Source of the DNA: Rhizophagus irregularis
Lineage: Eukaryota
Direction: 5' to 3'
DNA: 64,000 nt
NCBI RefSeq assembly: GCF_026210795.1
Contig: NC_089433.1
Span: 682,001 to 746,000 of the forward strand
Every line of letters starts with the position of its first letter. Positions within the stretch are counted from its first letter, which is position 1. A model generated the notes under the pieces. That model was not told where the DNA came from. It worked only from the letters and a program-made list of their open reading frames with translations, and did not search any database. The position numbers and the translations under genes are program-made. Of the stretch, positions 48,848-63,400 are shown in pieces.

Positions 48848-50299
48848 ATGGCTTGTCAACTTCCAGCTGATTGTTTATATGAAATTTTTGAATATTTAGA
48901 AGAAAGTGAAACCTCTTTATTTGGATGTTTATTAGTTAATCGTTCTTGGTGTGTAGTTGCAGTTAGAATTTTATGGAGAAATATTTGGAGATTTTTAAAA
49001 TATTTTACGATACAAAATCAATTTAAAAATGAAACAATAATTCTTAATACATTGATTTCATGTCTTCCTAATGAATCAAAAGAACTTTTACAAAAAATCA
49101 TTCCAACATTTACTTCAAAAACACCAATGTTTAATTATGCAGGATTTTGTAGAGTTCTTTCAATTCAGGATATTGGACGAATCATTGATAATGTTCTTGA
49201 ACCATCAATTGATTCTATTGGATCATCTATCAATTCTTTAAGTATAAAATATAGAAATAATTTAATAGCAAGAGAGATCATAAAAAATTTTTTGAGACAA
49301 ATTTCATCATTGAGAAGATTAAATTATTGTGTAGATAATTATAGTATACTTAATAATATATCATTTATTGGAACAAATAATTGTTTAACAAATCTTACAG
49401 AATTACATTGTAGTTCAAGTATTAAATCTGATCTATCTCAAATATGTCATAATTTACAATCACTTAGTATAAAATTCAAAGAGAACGTTTCAAATGATTT
49501 AAAAGATTTGATCTCTTTACAAAAGAATTTAAAAAATTTAAAATTATTTTTTTATGGTACAAATGATTGGAAAGATATAATTCCTACTTTAACAAAATCA
49601 ACAAATACATTAATAACATTACATATATATAGTTATTATTGTAAAGATTTATCATTATCATTTATTGCTTCATTTTTAAATTTACAAGAAATTATACTTG
49701 GATTTGAAGGAATAAATTTAGAAGATTTTAAAGAATTACAAAATATTTTTTTTCCAAAATTACAAATTTTAAGAATTCCTTATCAATGTTTTAAACTTGA
49801 ATATTTAATTAATTTTTTAAAAAAAAATGGAAAAAATCTTAAAGAATTACATATAGATGGAGGTAATAAGAATTTAAATTTATATATTGCAAAATTTTGT
49901 CCTAATCTTAAAAAACTTTCTATAATACTTAGTAATAAATTAATATTAAAAACTATATTTATGAGTTGTCAATATTTAGAAAGTATTAAAATTTGGTGGG
50001 TAGGACGTAAAAGTGAGATGAAAATATTTAAAACTATTTTAAAACATTCCCCAAAAAATTTTTGTGAATTAAAAATATTTAATAATTCTCAATCAAAATT
50101 ATCTCCAAAAGATTTAAAATATTTTTTTATAGATTGGAAAGATAGAATTCCTTTTACCTTAATTGTTATTAAGGGTTATTATAATAGTTTAGAAGCAAAT
50201 AGAAAAAATATGAAAATTATTAAAAAATATAAAAAATTGGGTGTTATTAAGAATTTTGAAATTAAAGAATTTTATGAAGAAGAAATTGACATTTTTTGA
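48848..50299 (+). CDS. F-box / leucine-rich-repeat protein
   Basis: Intact 483-aa ORF with an N-terminal F-box 'QLPADCLYEIFEYL...CLLVNRSWC..AVRILW' and RNI-like LRRs (CHNLQSLSI, CPNLKKLSI, CQYLESIKI). Confidence 0.92.
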   Translation: MACQLPADCLYEIFEYLEESETSLFGCLLVNRSWCVVAVRILWRNIWRFLKYFTIQNQFKNETIILNTLISCLPNESKELLQKIIPTFTSKTPMFNYAGFCRVLSIQDIGRIIDNVLEPSIDSIGSSINSLSIKYRNNLIAREIIKNFLRQISSLRRLNYCVDNYSILNNISFIGTNNCLTNLTELHCSSSIKSDLSQICHNLQSLSIKFKENVSNDLKDLISLQKNLKNLKLFFYGTNDWKDIIPTLTKSTNTLITLHIYSYYCKDLSLSFIASFLNLQEIILGFEGINLEDFKELQNIFFPKLQILRIPYQCFKLEYLINFLKKNGKNLKELHIDGGNKNLNLYIAKFCPNLKKLSIILSNKLILKTIFMSCQYLESIKIWWVGRKSEMKIFKTILKHSPKNFCELKIFNNSQSKLSPKDLKYFFIDWKDRIPFTLIVIKGYYNSLEANRKNMKIIKKYKKLGVIKNFEIKEFYEEEIDIF

Positions 50300-53200
50300 A
50301 TTAGATGATTAGATGTAGGATCAATTTTTTTTTTAGTAATATTCTAGGATGCAAATATTAGTTATTTTTATATTTTGTAAAAAAAAAAGACATTGATAAA
50401 TAAATATACCACTCTGGCATTTCAACATTTAGCTGTTAATTTTAACGTAAGAATAATCTGGACTTACTTTGACGTAAGGTATGATGTAAGGTAAGACGAA
50501 AGGTAAAGACGCGATATATTTGCGATCTTTGCGTAAAAGTTGTGCCCGGTGAGTCGGCGAGTCGGTAGGGTCAGTAATTCTTGTAATATCACGTAAATCA
50601 CGTCACCATCACAATATAAAATCGAGTGCTTGCCCTCATTGCTTTATTTATTAAACAATTTCTTGTCTATTGTTCACAAATATAAATCAATACATAATTA
50701 CCAAAATTATCTCAATCTTTTAAATCATCAACGGCCTCAAATAAGAGAATATCCACAACCAATTTTAATACTTCCTAAATAATTAATAATGGGCAAACTT
50801 CTACAAATATTTAATTTAACCAAACTTTTAGGAATTAATAAAGTAATTGTAAATTGTAATTTACCAAGTACGAATGTTTCAAAATTTGTTGAGCAAGAAT
50901 TAATTCCGTTAATCCATCCGAAATAACCATTTGAATGTTACTGTGAATGATCGTATATGATGACGTCTTTTGTGATAAATACAAATTCCGCTGAATAACA
51001 ATGTCCTTGCTCCAGGGTATGATGTAAAAGTTGTATGTTTGTCTATAAACTTGAAAGAAATCTTGAATTATTATATTTATGATACGAACGGGTAGTTGTG
51101 TCATTTTCTGCTGAGTAGATTATCGTTCAATGCCTCAATAAACTTCTTCAGTTGATACAAAATGATGCGTAATCCAACATTGGACTAGTTCTTGAAGATG
51201 AATTAAATAATTTTATTCCCATATAAAATTTCTTCCGATTCATCTGGAAGGTATTCCGTAAAATTCTGACGGAAAGATTGCACCCAGTGTATGAAATTCA
51301 AGTCAAATACTTTTTGCGCAATGTACAACAAAAAGTCACATGCAATTTGCGCAAAAACAAATCCAATTTGCGCACCTAATACTATATCTGCAAAATCTTA
51401 AGTTTTTAAATATAAATTTTAAAATTATAAGTTGCGCTATGCGCAAACTAGAATTATGTATAATTGCGGAAATGTTGCGCTCCGTAAATTCCTTTCATAC
51501 ACTGAGTTATTTATTTATTTTGCACCAAAGGCGATCTACTAATATAAAGAACTATAATCTTTCAAATATTCAAAAATTTCGTTAAGATGGCGTAATGTTG
51601 AAACAATAATTTGAATTGTATATAAATAGGGTTTAAGATGATTTTAAGGTTCATGGTGCACGTTTTTATGGGTATATCACATTCTATAATCGGTTGTGAT
51701 TAATGTGATTAGCAATCATATATACATGTAACAATTGTAACATCCAAATTCCAAACCTCTCGTGCAATCACGCGATTACGTTTTTTTGAGATTATTTATT
51801 TTTTATTTGTCAAAGACAAAAAAGATAGCATTGTTTAATATCTTTTTTTAGTTATTTTATTAAATTATGTCAAAAATTATGTAGGACGGAAAATGAAATA
51901 ATATTAACAAATTCTTTTCAATGATAAATAAAGCCCTATATATATATGGAAAAATTTTTTCCCAAGACAGTGTCACTCAGAAACTTTCTGTAATATTTCC
52001 AGAAAAAAATTTTCATAAGAAAATTTTCATAGGGAAATTGCATTGTATTAATTATTATCACTTTTGTAAAACATTATGCGCTTTAGATTAATAATGTAAA
52101 TTATTATTTTACAAGAATAATATTGTACATTTGTAACGAAAAACTATATATGATAATTGCGAAAAACAAATATAGATAAATGCTGATGAATAATCGAATT
52201 CAATATTAAATTGTATATCGAGCAAGTTGCGAGAAACCACGAGAAAACTCAAATTGTTTAAGGATACCCTATGTATTAATATATCGCAAAGACGGGTTTA
52301 AAAAAAAAGATGTTTTAATATTGGAACATCTTTTATTATATGACCAAAATATTTATTTTTTGACGTTTTACAGAATATTCTAATACTGGTAAAAAGTTAT
52401 TAGGTTTTGGTTGGTGGATACATTTATATACTGTACAGTACATGGCGAATCGAAAATCAAAATTCGGAGTATAAATGTTACGACACTACGACAGTAACGA
52501 CAGTAACGCTAAATTAATTTATTTTTTTTAACGTGTAGATTACATAATAATAGATGATTTGGGTTTATGTGGCGTGAGAACGATATAGTATTTATACTGG
52601 AAGCTTTACTTATTATTGTTAGACTTTACTGTAATTAGGATAATTAGAATTTTAAACTTCATCGAGATTTACAATAAAGGGCTTGCGAAATATTTACAGA
52701 CCTATTTTGACTTATATTATACAGTATACTATATATTTAAGTTCCGCCCTTCTTGTATCACTTTACTTTCTTGACCGGTATATACGTACTGTATACTGTA
52801 TGTAATACAAATATATTCTGGACAAGATGTATTAGATCCTCTTTGTGATGCCAAACATGACCAGCATATATATAATGCAGGTCCAGATAGGCCTGTAATA
52901 CAGATCAGGCGTCAAGCTGAAGATAGATAGTAACACGAAGTCGTTCTTAGGTAATATGTAGTATATTAAAATCTATTTTTTTTATCAATCTGAGTGAGTT
53001 GGGAGCTATTTTATCTTATATAAATTGTTACATGTTTTAATAAAATTGAAAACCGATCTTTAGTTAATTATATATATTTTTTATTCCTTTTAATTGATAT
53101 TTATTCTCGCTTGAATTTGAAAGTTTTAATTATTTATATGAAGATAAAATCATATAATGAAATAATATCGTGTTTTTTTTCGTAGCCTATTTTTATTATT

Positions 53201-54149
53201 TTGCAATTATAATAATTATAATTAAAAGATCTTAATTTTATCTTCGTAATTTCCGTTAACTTTTCGACAGTTTTCGTAACTTTTATAACTATCATAACCT
53301 CTATAAAGTTCTATAACTTTTTATCTACAATATCTATAACTTCTAACTTTTTTTATATTAGAAATATTATTTAATATATATAAATATATTGAATCCCACG
53401 TTAAATCTTCATAATCTTCATAATCTTCATAATCAGTAAATATCTACTTTTTAATAAATATACTGTAATAATATAATGATTAATGATTTCGTAAATTTCA
53501 GAATATAAAGTAAGACTTTTAATAAAAATAAAGATATATATTCATATATACATATATATATTTTCTTTCTTTGCTTGCTTAGCTCAGTGCTTAGCTCAGT
53601 GCTTAGCCCAATAGCCCATTGCTTAGTTCAGTGCTTAAATTCGAGTATTTTTTTTCCGCAATCACATGATGATTTCTACCTTTATGTCTTAATATGTCTT
53701 CTAAAATTAGGTTTTATCCTTTCTATAAGATTCTTTATTAACCGGAGAAAGAAGTTAAATGCCGTTTATCGACATGATATATACATTCAAAAACTTTCTT
53801 TGGTAACTTACAAAGCAAACGAAAGTACACATAATACGTGATTTCTTGGGGAAACTAATTTTTAGTGGATTTTATTCAATGAACACAAACGGTAAGTGTT
53901 GGGGGATTCTACTTTTGGCAGTTGGTTGTATGGCGATTGTGTGTAACAAACTACTTAGTACTTTATATAATTACCAAATTTGTATTAATTTTTTTTTTGA
54001 TGCGCCCCCTTTGAAAAAAAACTATTTTAATCGTCATTAAAAAAAAAAAGGAGATAAAATCATACCATTTTTAGATCTTTTAGATATATATAAAAATCAA
54101 CCAGTTTTTACTATTCTTTTTTTTTTTAAAAAAAAAAATTTTAAAAATT

Positions 54150-54830
54150 ATGAATATGAATCCATTAGCGCAAAATACCGCTCAAAATAATCAAATTATC
54201 ACTTCTACTTCTCTTGATGAAAAGTATAATACCTCTTTGAGCAATTGTGCTAATAAAAATAATAATATGCAACATTTAACGTCATGTCAACCCTTGCATC
54301 GTACTCAAGACAACCCTTTATCCAAATTTTCTCATGAATATTTTGGAGAAGGGGAATATCCATTCTTTTATCATCCACCTAATGATCCTCAAATTTTTCA
54401 TATTACTTGTAAAGAGATTTCTCACGATTACGAATCTCAATTATTAAATAAGACCGCGAATATTCCCCCTAATAATAATATTAATGATTGTGCGATTTAT
54501 ACTTTTTATTATCATTTAAATCATAATAAATCATTTCAAATAACTTGTGAAATGGTTTCTCATACGTTAATAGTTCAGTATTTGAATAAAAATATTTTTG
54601 GTATTGAATTAAGACATGTTGATCAACATCAAGAATATTTGAAATTTTCTAACGGTCAAAGGGAAAATTTAGAGTACCATTTAAAAGGATATTTATTTAA
54701 TTATCTGACACCAAAAAGAATCAATAACAATAATTTGAATATGATTAAACAAGATGATAATAATGGTAATGTTAAAAATTCTATTAATAAGACGGGTATT
54801 ATTCATACAAAATTTTTAAATAAATTGTAG
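54150..54830 (+). CDS. Hypothetical Asn-rich protein with a duplicated 'FFYHPPND..IFHITCKEIS' motif
   Basis: Intact 226-aa ORF; the motif recurs as 'FYYHLNHNKSFQITCEMVS'. Confidence 0.7.
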   Translation: MNMNPLAQNTAQNNQIITSTSLDEKYNTSLSNCANKNNNMQHLTSCQPLHRTQDNPLSKFSHEYFGEGEYPFFYHPPNDPQIFHITCKEISHDYESQLLNKTANIPPNNNINDCAIYTFYYHLNHNKSFQITCEMVSHTLIVQYLNKNIFGIELRHVDQHQEYLKFSNGQRENLEYHLKGYLFNYLTPKRINNNNLNMIKQDDNNGNVKNSINKTGIIHTKFLNKL

Positions 54831-55334
54831 GAGTTTGGAGTTTTTTTTTTTGATATCGTAAATGGTAGTTTATTATTTTTTTTTTATACATATATACATT
54901 ATATATCGATATATACGAATTAAGTAGAAGTATTTTTTAAAAGTTGTCTCTCTCTCTCTCTCTCTATCTCTCTTTTTTACTAAGATTTTAATAAAGTTTA
55001 TCTTAAAAAAAAAAAAAAAGTAATTTTAATTTTAGTGGACTCGACTCAACTCGAGCGAAAGTTAATCATAAAATTTACAATGTACATCAATTTTCCCGTA
55101 TGAAGATTGTCATTTTCTCATTTTCTTGATAGTTGAGGAGTTTAAAGATCGTTATATGTTTCTTTAAAAGTGGATGATTTTGAAGAATTTCGCATACCCG
55201 AATATCCTAAAATTATTATAATATCACAACAAATATCATTATCGCTATACTGTATCATGGTATCGTTCTCTGGAGAAATAAAAACTAACCAATAATACTT
55301 TTGCTAAAAACATTTAGATCATTTTTAAATGGCA

Positions 55335-55400
55335 CAGCAGGGGACGTAGACTCAGCAGGGGAGTAAGACTCAGCAGGGGACGTAAGACTCAGCAGGAGAC
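55335..55400. repeat. Short tandem repeat
   Basis: About 4 copies of CAGCAGGGGA(C)GTA(A)GACT. Confidence 0.75.
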
Positions 55401-58400
55401 GACTGGAGACGTAGATGACCTGAAATCTAGAAGGTTTGAAGCTATAATACTAAAAATCTTAATTAAGTTCAAAAAAAAAAAAGTATGTTATCCGAGTCAA
55501 TTGAAAGTGTTACAAAAAAAAAATAAAATAAGATAAATTCCGTTTTTTTTTCATTCTTGATTTACGAATTATAAATTCGGTAATAGTTTACCTATTGTAC
55601 GTAGTAAGTTTAAACTTCTTTAGTGAATGAATGGACGGAATCTATCCGTTTATAACAATAAATAAAAGAACAATGAAACAATAATGATCTGTAAAATGCC
55701 TAGTGATTGATATTCACATAAATATTTATATTTAAGGATAATCGTATCAAAGACTATATTCGAAAAATAGATATACAATAATCCAATATATATTATTATT
55801 ATTGTAAGGCTGAGTTAAGACGTATAATCGGATCACCGATTTTCATGATATTCCTATTCATTTATTATTGAGACTTCAAATTAGAAGGCTTTTTCCTAAA
55901 CCGTGGGAAATACTATTAAGAGTATTAACATAGTTTTTAAATGAACACGACAGCCAAAAAAACCCGAACATGAAATAATTTGAACAATATGAATAAACTC
56001 AAACAATCTGAACAATATGAATATTATTTTTGCACCAATAAGAAATATTTATTTATTGACGCAGTGAGAATTACTTATTGACGCGGGAGAGTGGAGAATT
56101 CAAGTTTCTCTAGAATCTCAAACAATCCGCTAAAATAAATCTAAAAAAATCAACATATAGTACTCTATATATTAATTAGAAATTTAAAACTAATGAAATA
56201 CTATACTTGACAGATTGTTATTCCGTTACCCAGACCAACAAGCTGCTGGTACAACATTTTAGATTAATGACTTTAAACTATTCCAGGTATTGCTTTTGTT
56301 TACAAATTTTCTGTTTAACATTACTCACATTAACCCCATCTTTTTCTTATGTCATATTTAATTTCTAATTGTTTATGGGAATATTTTTTTATTATCATTT
56401 TTTTTATGTAATTTATAAATATTACCACTCCCTTTTTTTTTATGGCGTAATATATCCTTCTTTGACATTGTACGACATACTAAAATTGACCCCCGTACGT
56501 AATACAATAAATGCAGAGTTAACACGAGGTAAGTCAAAATAGAAGGATACTTTTATATTTATGACTGACAATAATAACTTTGGGTTTTTGAGCGTCAAGC
56601 GGACAATAATAATAATATTTATTAAATATGTTGATCAAATCCCGTCGGTCTTTGAAATTTTTACCATAGTATTAAGCATATTGAGCTTAAACCTTTTTTA
56701 ACTATAAAATTAATGTAAAATTAGTGATATAAATTAATTCTCGATCAGAGTATGGTCACTTTAACAAACATAAATCTAGACGAAATTTAACACAAGGTTT
56801 AGACTAATATTTATATAGCATAATTTCATAATTTCAGCCTTTTTATTAGTTCCGATATTTTCAGACGTAATGTTACACGAGCAAGAAATAAATTGTATTT
56901 TTGGTTTTTTTTTTGATTCAAGGCTACATATAAATTTCTGTATTACATGATCATCTATTTTTAATTTGATCAAAGGATAACATTGTATCCATCGATATTA
57001 TATTATACAACTATCGGGAATATAGAAGCGGAAAACAGATGAAAATTACAAACGATGAAGTAAAATAGGAGTAATAGGAGTAAAATATAGCTAATAGGGC
57101 TACAATAGGACTCGACGTATATCGCAAATCTGTGTCCACCGATTGCTTTCCTGTTCTTTTATAAAATTGTGTGTTTAAGGAATTATAAATAGTAGAAAGA
57201 ACTTCTATTTATATATTATATTTTTAATATATTATTTTTATTTCTATATTCAACACAAATATTTACAATAAATTATACATAATAAAATAATTTAAGAAAA
57301 AATAAAAAAAAAAAAAAAAAAGAATAAATAAATATATAGATAAATAAATAAATAATAAATACATAAATAAAATAAATTAAATTAAAAAAATATTTATATA
57401 CTGAAATTGAATAATCTTTAAAAAAGAAAATTTTAAATAAATAAATTAGTAAAAAAAAAAGACAACAAAAAGGACAAAATATATTTAAAAAATAAAAATT
57501 ATTTATATAATACAGTATTTATTTACCTTTCCTAATATTATATTTTATTATAAGGGAGGAGTTACGTTATTTTCAATCTTAGGTAAACATTCTTAAAAAA
57601 AATTCTTATTATTAATCTTTAGGTTTCTATAATTAAAAAAAATTTACATTTATTTGCTTTTTAATAAAATTATCTTATAAAAAAAGTAAGTATTCGACTG
57701 ATTTAATTTGTACAGACCTTAGATTCTTAATAAATAAAAATTTATCTTACTGCTTACTGTCTTAATTGCTTAACAAATTCTTATGTTGGACATGACTCAC
57801 AAATCAAAAGTAAATTATAGCTGCTTTTTATATTAAAAAACTGGACCCATACGCAGTAATATTTCAATATTGTTCAAAATCAGGTCACTTTTAACACTTA
57901 AAGGTTCTTTATAATTCACAATAATTTATTAGGGATATAATAACGCCATATCGAATTCAAATCAAAGATACATTAGTAATTAATGATCGTGAGTTGTGAT
58001 TCTTACATGTGTTCAATTAATAAAGTTTTTTTTTCCTGATTAATATATTTGTTTTATTTGCCAAGATACAATATTTTTAAGTATAATATTTACTATATTA
58101 AGAATGAAACCATAATGGCCTCCTGGTAAGAGTAGTCTATTTATAGACGTACTAGACGTTAGATTCGTCAAATTTTTAATTATATTTATTTAAAAATTTT
58201 TAAATGATTAGATTTAATTTCTGATTATAATTACTGCATATGTGCATATGATTTAGATTTTTGATGCTTGATGACTTAAAGCAATGATTTATTAGGTTAA
58301 GTGCTACATCATAATTGTTTTTAATACATGGGAAATAAAATAACAAATTTGGAATTTGATTTTCGATTGTGAGAAAATAATAAATGTTCAAGTAATAGGA

Positions 58401-59102
58401 TCAAAATTCTTTGTTCAATAGGTTAAATATATCAAAATTGGTACGATCTTATGAACGTTCAAAAAAAATTTCTTTTTGTAGAACATTATTTATCTATGGA
58501 TCTTTTTTTTCATTTCTAAATTAGGTAATTGGACTAACGATTTCTTGATTATAATAGAAGGATCCAGAAGAATTTCTCATTATTAATATTTCTATTTAGA
58601 ATTTTTTTTTATTGATACTACTTAATATTGTCTTTGTATGACATTTTATCAACGAGTCAAAATTAATTAAATACAAAAGTATATTTAAATGATCTGCGTT
58701 ATTAATTTGGAAATTCTGTGATTTTTTAAGAAGAATGTAATTTTTCTTCTCTATTCTTAAAAAAATATTACGATAAGATGTAATTATCATCAAAAAAATT
58801 GTTTTATTGGTTGTAATTAAGATGTTTTAAAATCTGTATATTTTTTTAACGCTTGTGTTAAGATCTCTACTATATCACATGATTGACACCCATTTTTAAT
58901 TCTGACTGAAATTATGAACAGGTGATAGACACGACATTTAGCGGAACTAAACTTCCATGATCTTCAATTTTATTTTCTATCTATTAATTTTTTTACGTCA
59001 TAAATTATAATGCCTTTGTATCTTTTTTTAATATATAAGTTAACTTTCATTAATTCTTTATTAGGAATATTTTAAAAAGCTAGTGATGTACATCTGAAAT
59101 TT

Positions 59103-59165
59103 GAACTCCGGATCGCAAGAACTCCGGATCGCCAGGACTCCGAATCATAAGGACTCCGGATCGCA
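59103..59165. repeat. Short tandem repeat
   Basis: About 4 copies of GACTCCGGATCGCAAG-like units. Confidence 0.7.
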
Positions 59166-59285
59166 ATAACGTTACTAAAATATAAAAGTATCAAAATTCT
59201 TTGTTTTTTTTATGCATATTATTCATTTACTTAATTTCCTTAACAATTCTTTATTAATAATTTGTTAAATCATAGATCAAAATAA

Positions 59286-59860
59286 ATGAGAGTACGTCTA
59301 TCTGATAGAGAGGTAATAAGTTACATATGTAGAACGGTTGTGATTACATAAACTTAATAGTATTTTAATCTTATTATAAATTCATATATATAAATATATA
59401 TCTTTTTATAGAAGGATATTCTTTCAATGATATAGATGGGACGTATTGGAAAATCATCGTGATCCATTCGTAAGAACAGCTGAAATTCTTCCTCAATTAA
59501 GTGCTCGTCAACTTTGTCATTATTGGCATAACTATCTCGATCTTGAATGTGAGTAATTTATAGATAATTTTGATTAAAACTTTTTTTTTTTTAAATCAAA
59601 TAATTAATTTTTCTTAGTATGTCATCATCATACATTAGATGAGGAGAAAAAACAATTAATTGACAATTGGATTTCGTTCAATAGATCGAAACAATAGAAT
59701 GTAATTATTTACGTCAATATTTAAAAAATCAATTGGGTTTTTTACGATCCGAGAATATGTTAAGAAAATATTGGTATTCAAAATAGACGTGAGCGAATCA
59801 AATTTTTTTAATGAAAAATTGAAAATTTTATCAAATTCAAATATAATTAATATCATTTAA
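59286..59860 (+). pseudogene. Spliced Myb/SANT-like protein (frameshifted)
   Basis: Exons 'MRVRLSDRE', 'DPFVRTAEILPQLSARQLCHYWHNYLD', 'TLDEEKKQLIDNWI' and 'GFLRSENMLRKYWYS', with GT-AG introns, stops and frameshifts. Confidence 0.6.
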
Positions 59861-61589
59861 TTACATGATTGGAAATTTTCGATTCTTTTTCCTTTTTTTT
59901 GTTACCCCGCAATATTAAATATCGTAAAAATAATGGATTTTTTTTCAATATTCTATTTGTAGTACTTTATATATATATATTAATTCACAAATGTTTGAAA
60001 TTTGTACAAATGATTAAAGAACAGAATTATAAATACTTTTAATTTTTAAAAAATAAAATGATTAAATGTATACTATTATTACTATACACTCAAATTTTAT
60101 ACATAAAATTTTCGAAGGTTTATTTTTATTTTTATTTTTATTTTTAGAAAACAGAAAATAAAATTTTCGAAGGTTAATAACCTATTTAATAATTATACGC
60201 GGTTTTATATGATCACGTGACGATTATTTATACAGTTCATAATTATACATATTTACTATATTTTATATCGAAATTCACTAGATCACGTATAATAATTACA
60301 CATGTTAATAACGATAATCATAATCTAAATTTTCTAATACTTTTGACAAGCCCTGAAGATATCCAAATATTTAATAATAAATTAATAACAAATGTAAAAG
60401 ATGTTAATAACGATAATCTGAATTTTCTTTCTAATACGTTGATTAAATGTCAATATTTACTTTGAAGCCCATTTAATTTTTTTTTTAATTTTATGGCTGT
60501 GGGTTAATGATTTTGTTTTTATTGTACAGCAAATTTTTGGCTTGTGTGGGCTTTTAATGTTATTCATATGTGGCAAAATTCGGGTGTCACTTTAATCATC
60601 ACACAAAAGGATTTGATTCATTTTAATATAAATAAGTTGAGAATTTGCTGTTGTAATGTACCTTTTTCTTTCTTTCTCTCTTTTTTTTCATTTATTTTCA
60701 TGGAAGACATATAATATTTCATGGAAGTCATTATTTTATTATAATTAAAATCTAGAAGATATATTTTCCGAACCGATAGATTTTTTATTCATAACACATT
60801 AAAAATTTATCACGCATGGAAGCGAAGATTTATTATGGTGGTTCCTAATGTAACGAAGGAATCTATCATTCGACAATTCATAAATGAGAAGATTGAGCTA
60901 CTTCAATTAAATAGGCATTTACATACATAATAGTTATACGGCAAGAAAATCATGTCACGGTATTACATCATGTGTCAAGATTATCACATGATTTGCGGAA
61001 ACCTAAACGACGATATTCGAGCATGTCAAGATATATCAAGATACAATCTTTAAATTTTTTCGAACTCGTTATACCTACAAAATTAAATTTTCGATATCGT
61101 TTTTTTTTTTAAAAAAAAAATTTAAAAAAAAAATCGTTTATTACAAAGAGACTGATGAATTTAATTCATGTACAACGTTCCCAACCAATGTAATGATGGA
61201 TTAATTTTGTCTAGAAATTAGTGTTGTTATGTATGCACTATCTACATTACATTCATTACTGGAAATACTTTAAAAATATATATATTTCATATTTTTTTTA
61301 TTTTTATTTTTTACAAAATTGAAAAAATACCTTTCCCTGGTAAGGTTTATTTTCTTTTTTTTAAAAACTTTCTGATATTCCTAAAGAAGAATATCATTAG
61401 ACTATACTTTATTTATAAAACATTTTAATTCAAAATTTTATAAATATTATTTACAAATTGGTTGAAAGTTATATTAAATTCAACACTGGACTTAAAAATT
61501 TTAATTGATTATAAAGTTTTAATTTAATTTCATAATTTAAATCTTAGTAAGAAAGTAAAAGAAATCAAACTAGATTCATGCGATGCTGG

Positions 61590-61887
61590 TTGATCTTTTA
61601 CCTTAATGGATTAGTTACGACTAGCTGGAGAAAATATATTAGTTGCAGAATGGATGGTTAATTATAGAGGAATGAATAGAGGAAGCTATATTTTTGGTAG
61701 ATCAGTTCACAACCAAAGAATTGAACGATTATGGAGAGATGTTTATCGTTTAATTCTTAGATTATATCATGATGTTTTTATTCATCTTGAAAGTGAATAT
61801 GGATTAGATTCAAATAATGAAATACATTTATCTCTTTCAAGAAAAATAGTTCCATTCGAAAAATGCACTTTATTAACACATTACTAG
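61590..61887 (+). pseudogene. Integrase-core (DDE) transposase fragment
   Basis: '[39 protein letters not shown]', the motif of IS3/IS481-like eukaryotic integrase cores; the rest of the gene is missing. Confidence 0.75.
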
Positions 61888-62450
61888 GTCAAACCAAAGT
61901 CCCAGGATGAATCAACCGGCCAGAAACCAGAATATTCGGCTGCTTTGGAGGCAAATCCAATACCGACCATGGCTAATTCTACAAGTTCCGCCAGTGATAA
62001 CCCCGTTTCTCAAGAACAAATATATTAAAAGAACTTTTCAGCATTATGATTTATACATTCTCACAGAAATATATGGGATATCCAATAATATTAACAACGA
62101 ATTAACATATATTTATTTCATGAGCAAGGACATTTATAAAGCAAATAACCCATATATCAAATTACTAAAAATGCTTTATTTTCAATTGACATGAGTGGTT
62201 CACAGAACAAAAACTCTTCCGGTCAGTCTCAAGCTAGCAATGAAGACGAAAGGAAAATTCGTTAAAATTCATTATAAGGACATTTTAATATTTTTCATAA
62301 TTGGCTTAATTTTGATATGAGAAAAATTATACAGGATTATAACCAAATTAGATTTGAGTTGGACCACAAAAGTCACAATAATTAAGAGAATATACAATAA
62401 CATTCAAAATTATTATTATTGTTGGGCTGTTAAATTGAAAGAATTACAAT

Positions 62451-62606
62451 CAGTCTCAGATCGTAAAATGACATTTGATGCTAAAGAACAAAATCCAGTT
62501 TAAGGATTATAGATAGAAAAGAAACTACTATATTCAGTCTCAATGATAAAATGACATTTGATGCTGAAGAACAAAATCCAGTTTAAGGATTATAGATAGA
62601 AAAGAA
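62451..62606. repeat. Direct duplication of ~73 bp
   Basis: CAGTCTCA...TAAAATGACATTTGATGCT.AAGAACAAAATCCAGTTTAAGGATTATAGATAGAAAAGAA occurs twice. Confidence 0.85.
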
Positions 62607-62999
62607 TCTTGACTCAAATAATGATAATTACTTTTCAATATATTGTGATTAAATAGTTCTTTGGACAAATTTTTGAGAAAGAAAATTCTTAATCATGGAT
62701 TAAACTTAATAATTTGACAACATATGACAGAAATATTTATTAAATTAATAATATATTAGAAGAAAGTATTAAAAAGTACTAATACTATTTAATTCAAAAA
62801 ACAAATGTCTTACATACACTTATTTTAAAAGATAGTACTTAGTTTATAGCTCTTGAAAAAAAGATGAAAATTTTATCAAGAATACCATAATATGGAATTA
62901 TATTTAAAAGTTTTTAAAATCTTTTAGATTTATTTATATTCATTCATATAGATCTTTTCAAAAACACTTATTTTTACTGCTTGTATCAGCATTATTATC

Positions 63000-63400
63000 A
63001 CACTCAGATAGGAACAGCGTCAATATTTTGAATCATCTGGATGATGTTTAGGGTCAGAATTACAAATCGAACAATTGAGTTATGATGTAACAACTAAAGA
63101 GAACTCATTGTCATGCTTATGAGCATAGTTTCAAAGTTTTGTCCTAAAATACCCAAAGAATATAAAGGACATTATCCTATAAAAAAAATTCTGGAAACAA
63201 CTCCGATAAATGATCATTTTTCTAGTTTTTATTCCGAAGAAACTCAGACATATGTCATTTTTTTGAAAAATTTTATATAGGATTGCGTCAATTGCTGGAG
63301 TAACGATCATTTTGCTAAGAATTGTAAAGATGATAAAGTAAAAGAGCCTTGGCTATAAAATTATTTTATATTTGTCTGGATAGCGCCCATAGGCTCATAT
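63000..63400 (+). pseudogene. Retroelement relic with a CCHC knuckle (possible LINE ORF1)
   Basis: CVNCWSNDHFAKNC at 63284-63325; the flanks are decayed. Confidence 0.4.

Noticed and set aside
50800..51500. Decayed coding-like segment and GCGCAA-rich inverted repeats
   Set aside because: No recognisable domain, and no clear TIR or TSD.
55500..59000. Short ORFs in AT-rich DNA
   Set aside because: They are low-complexity, lack motifs and are expected by chance.
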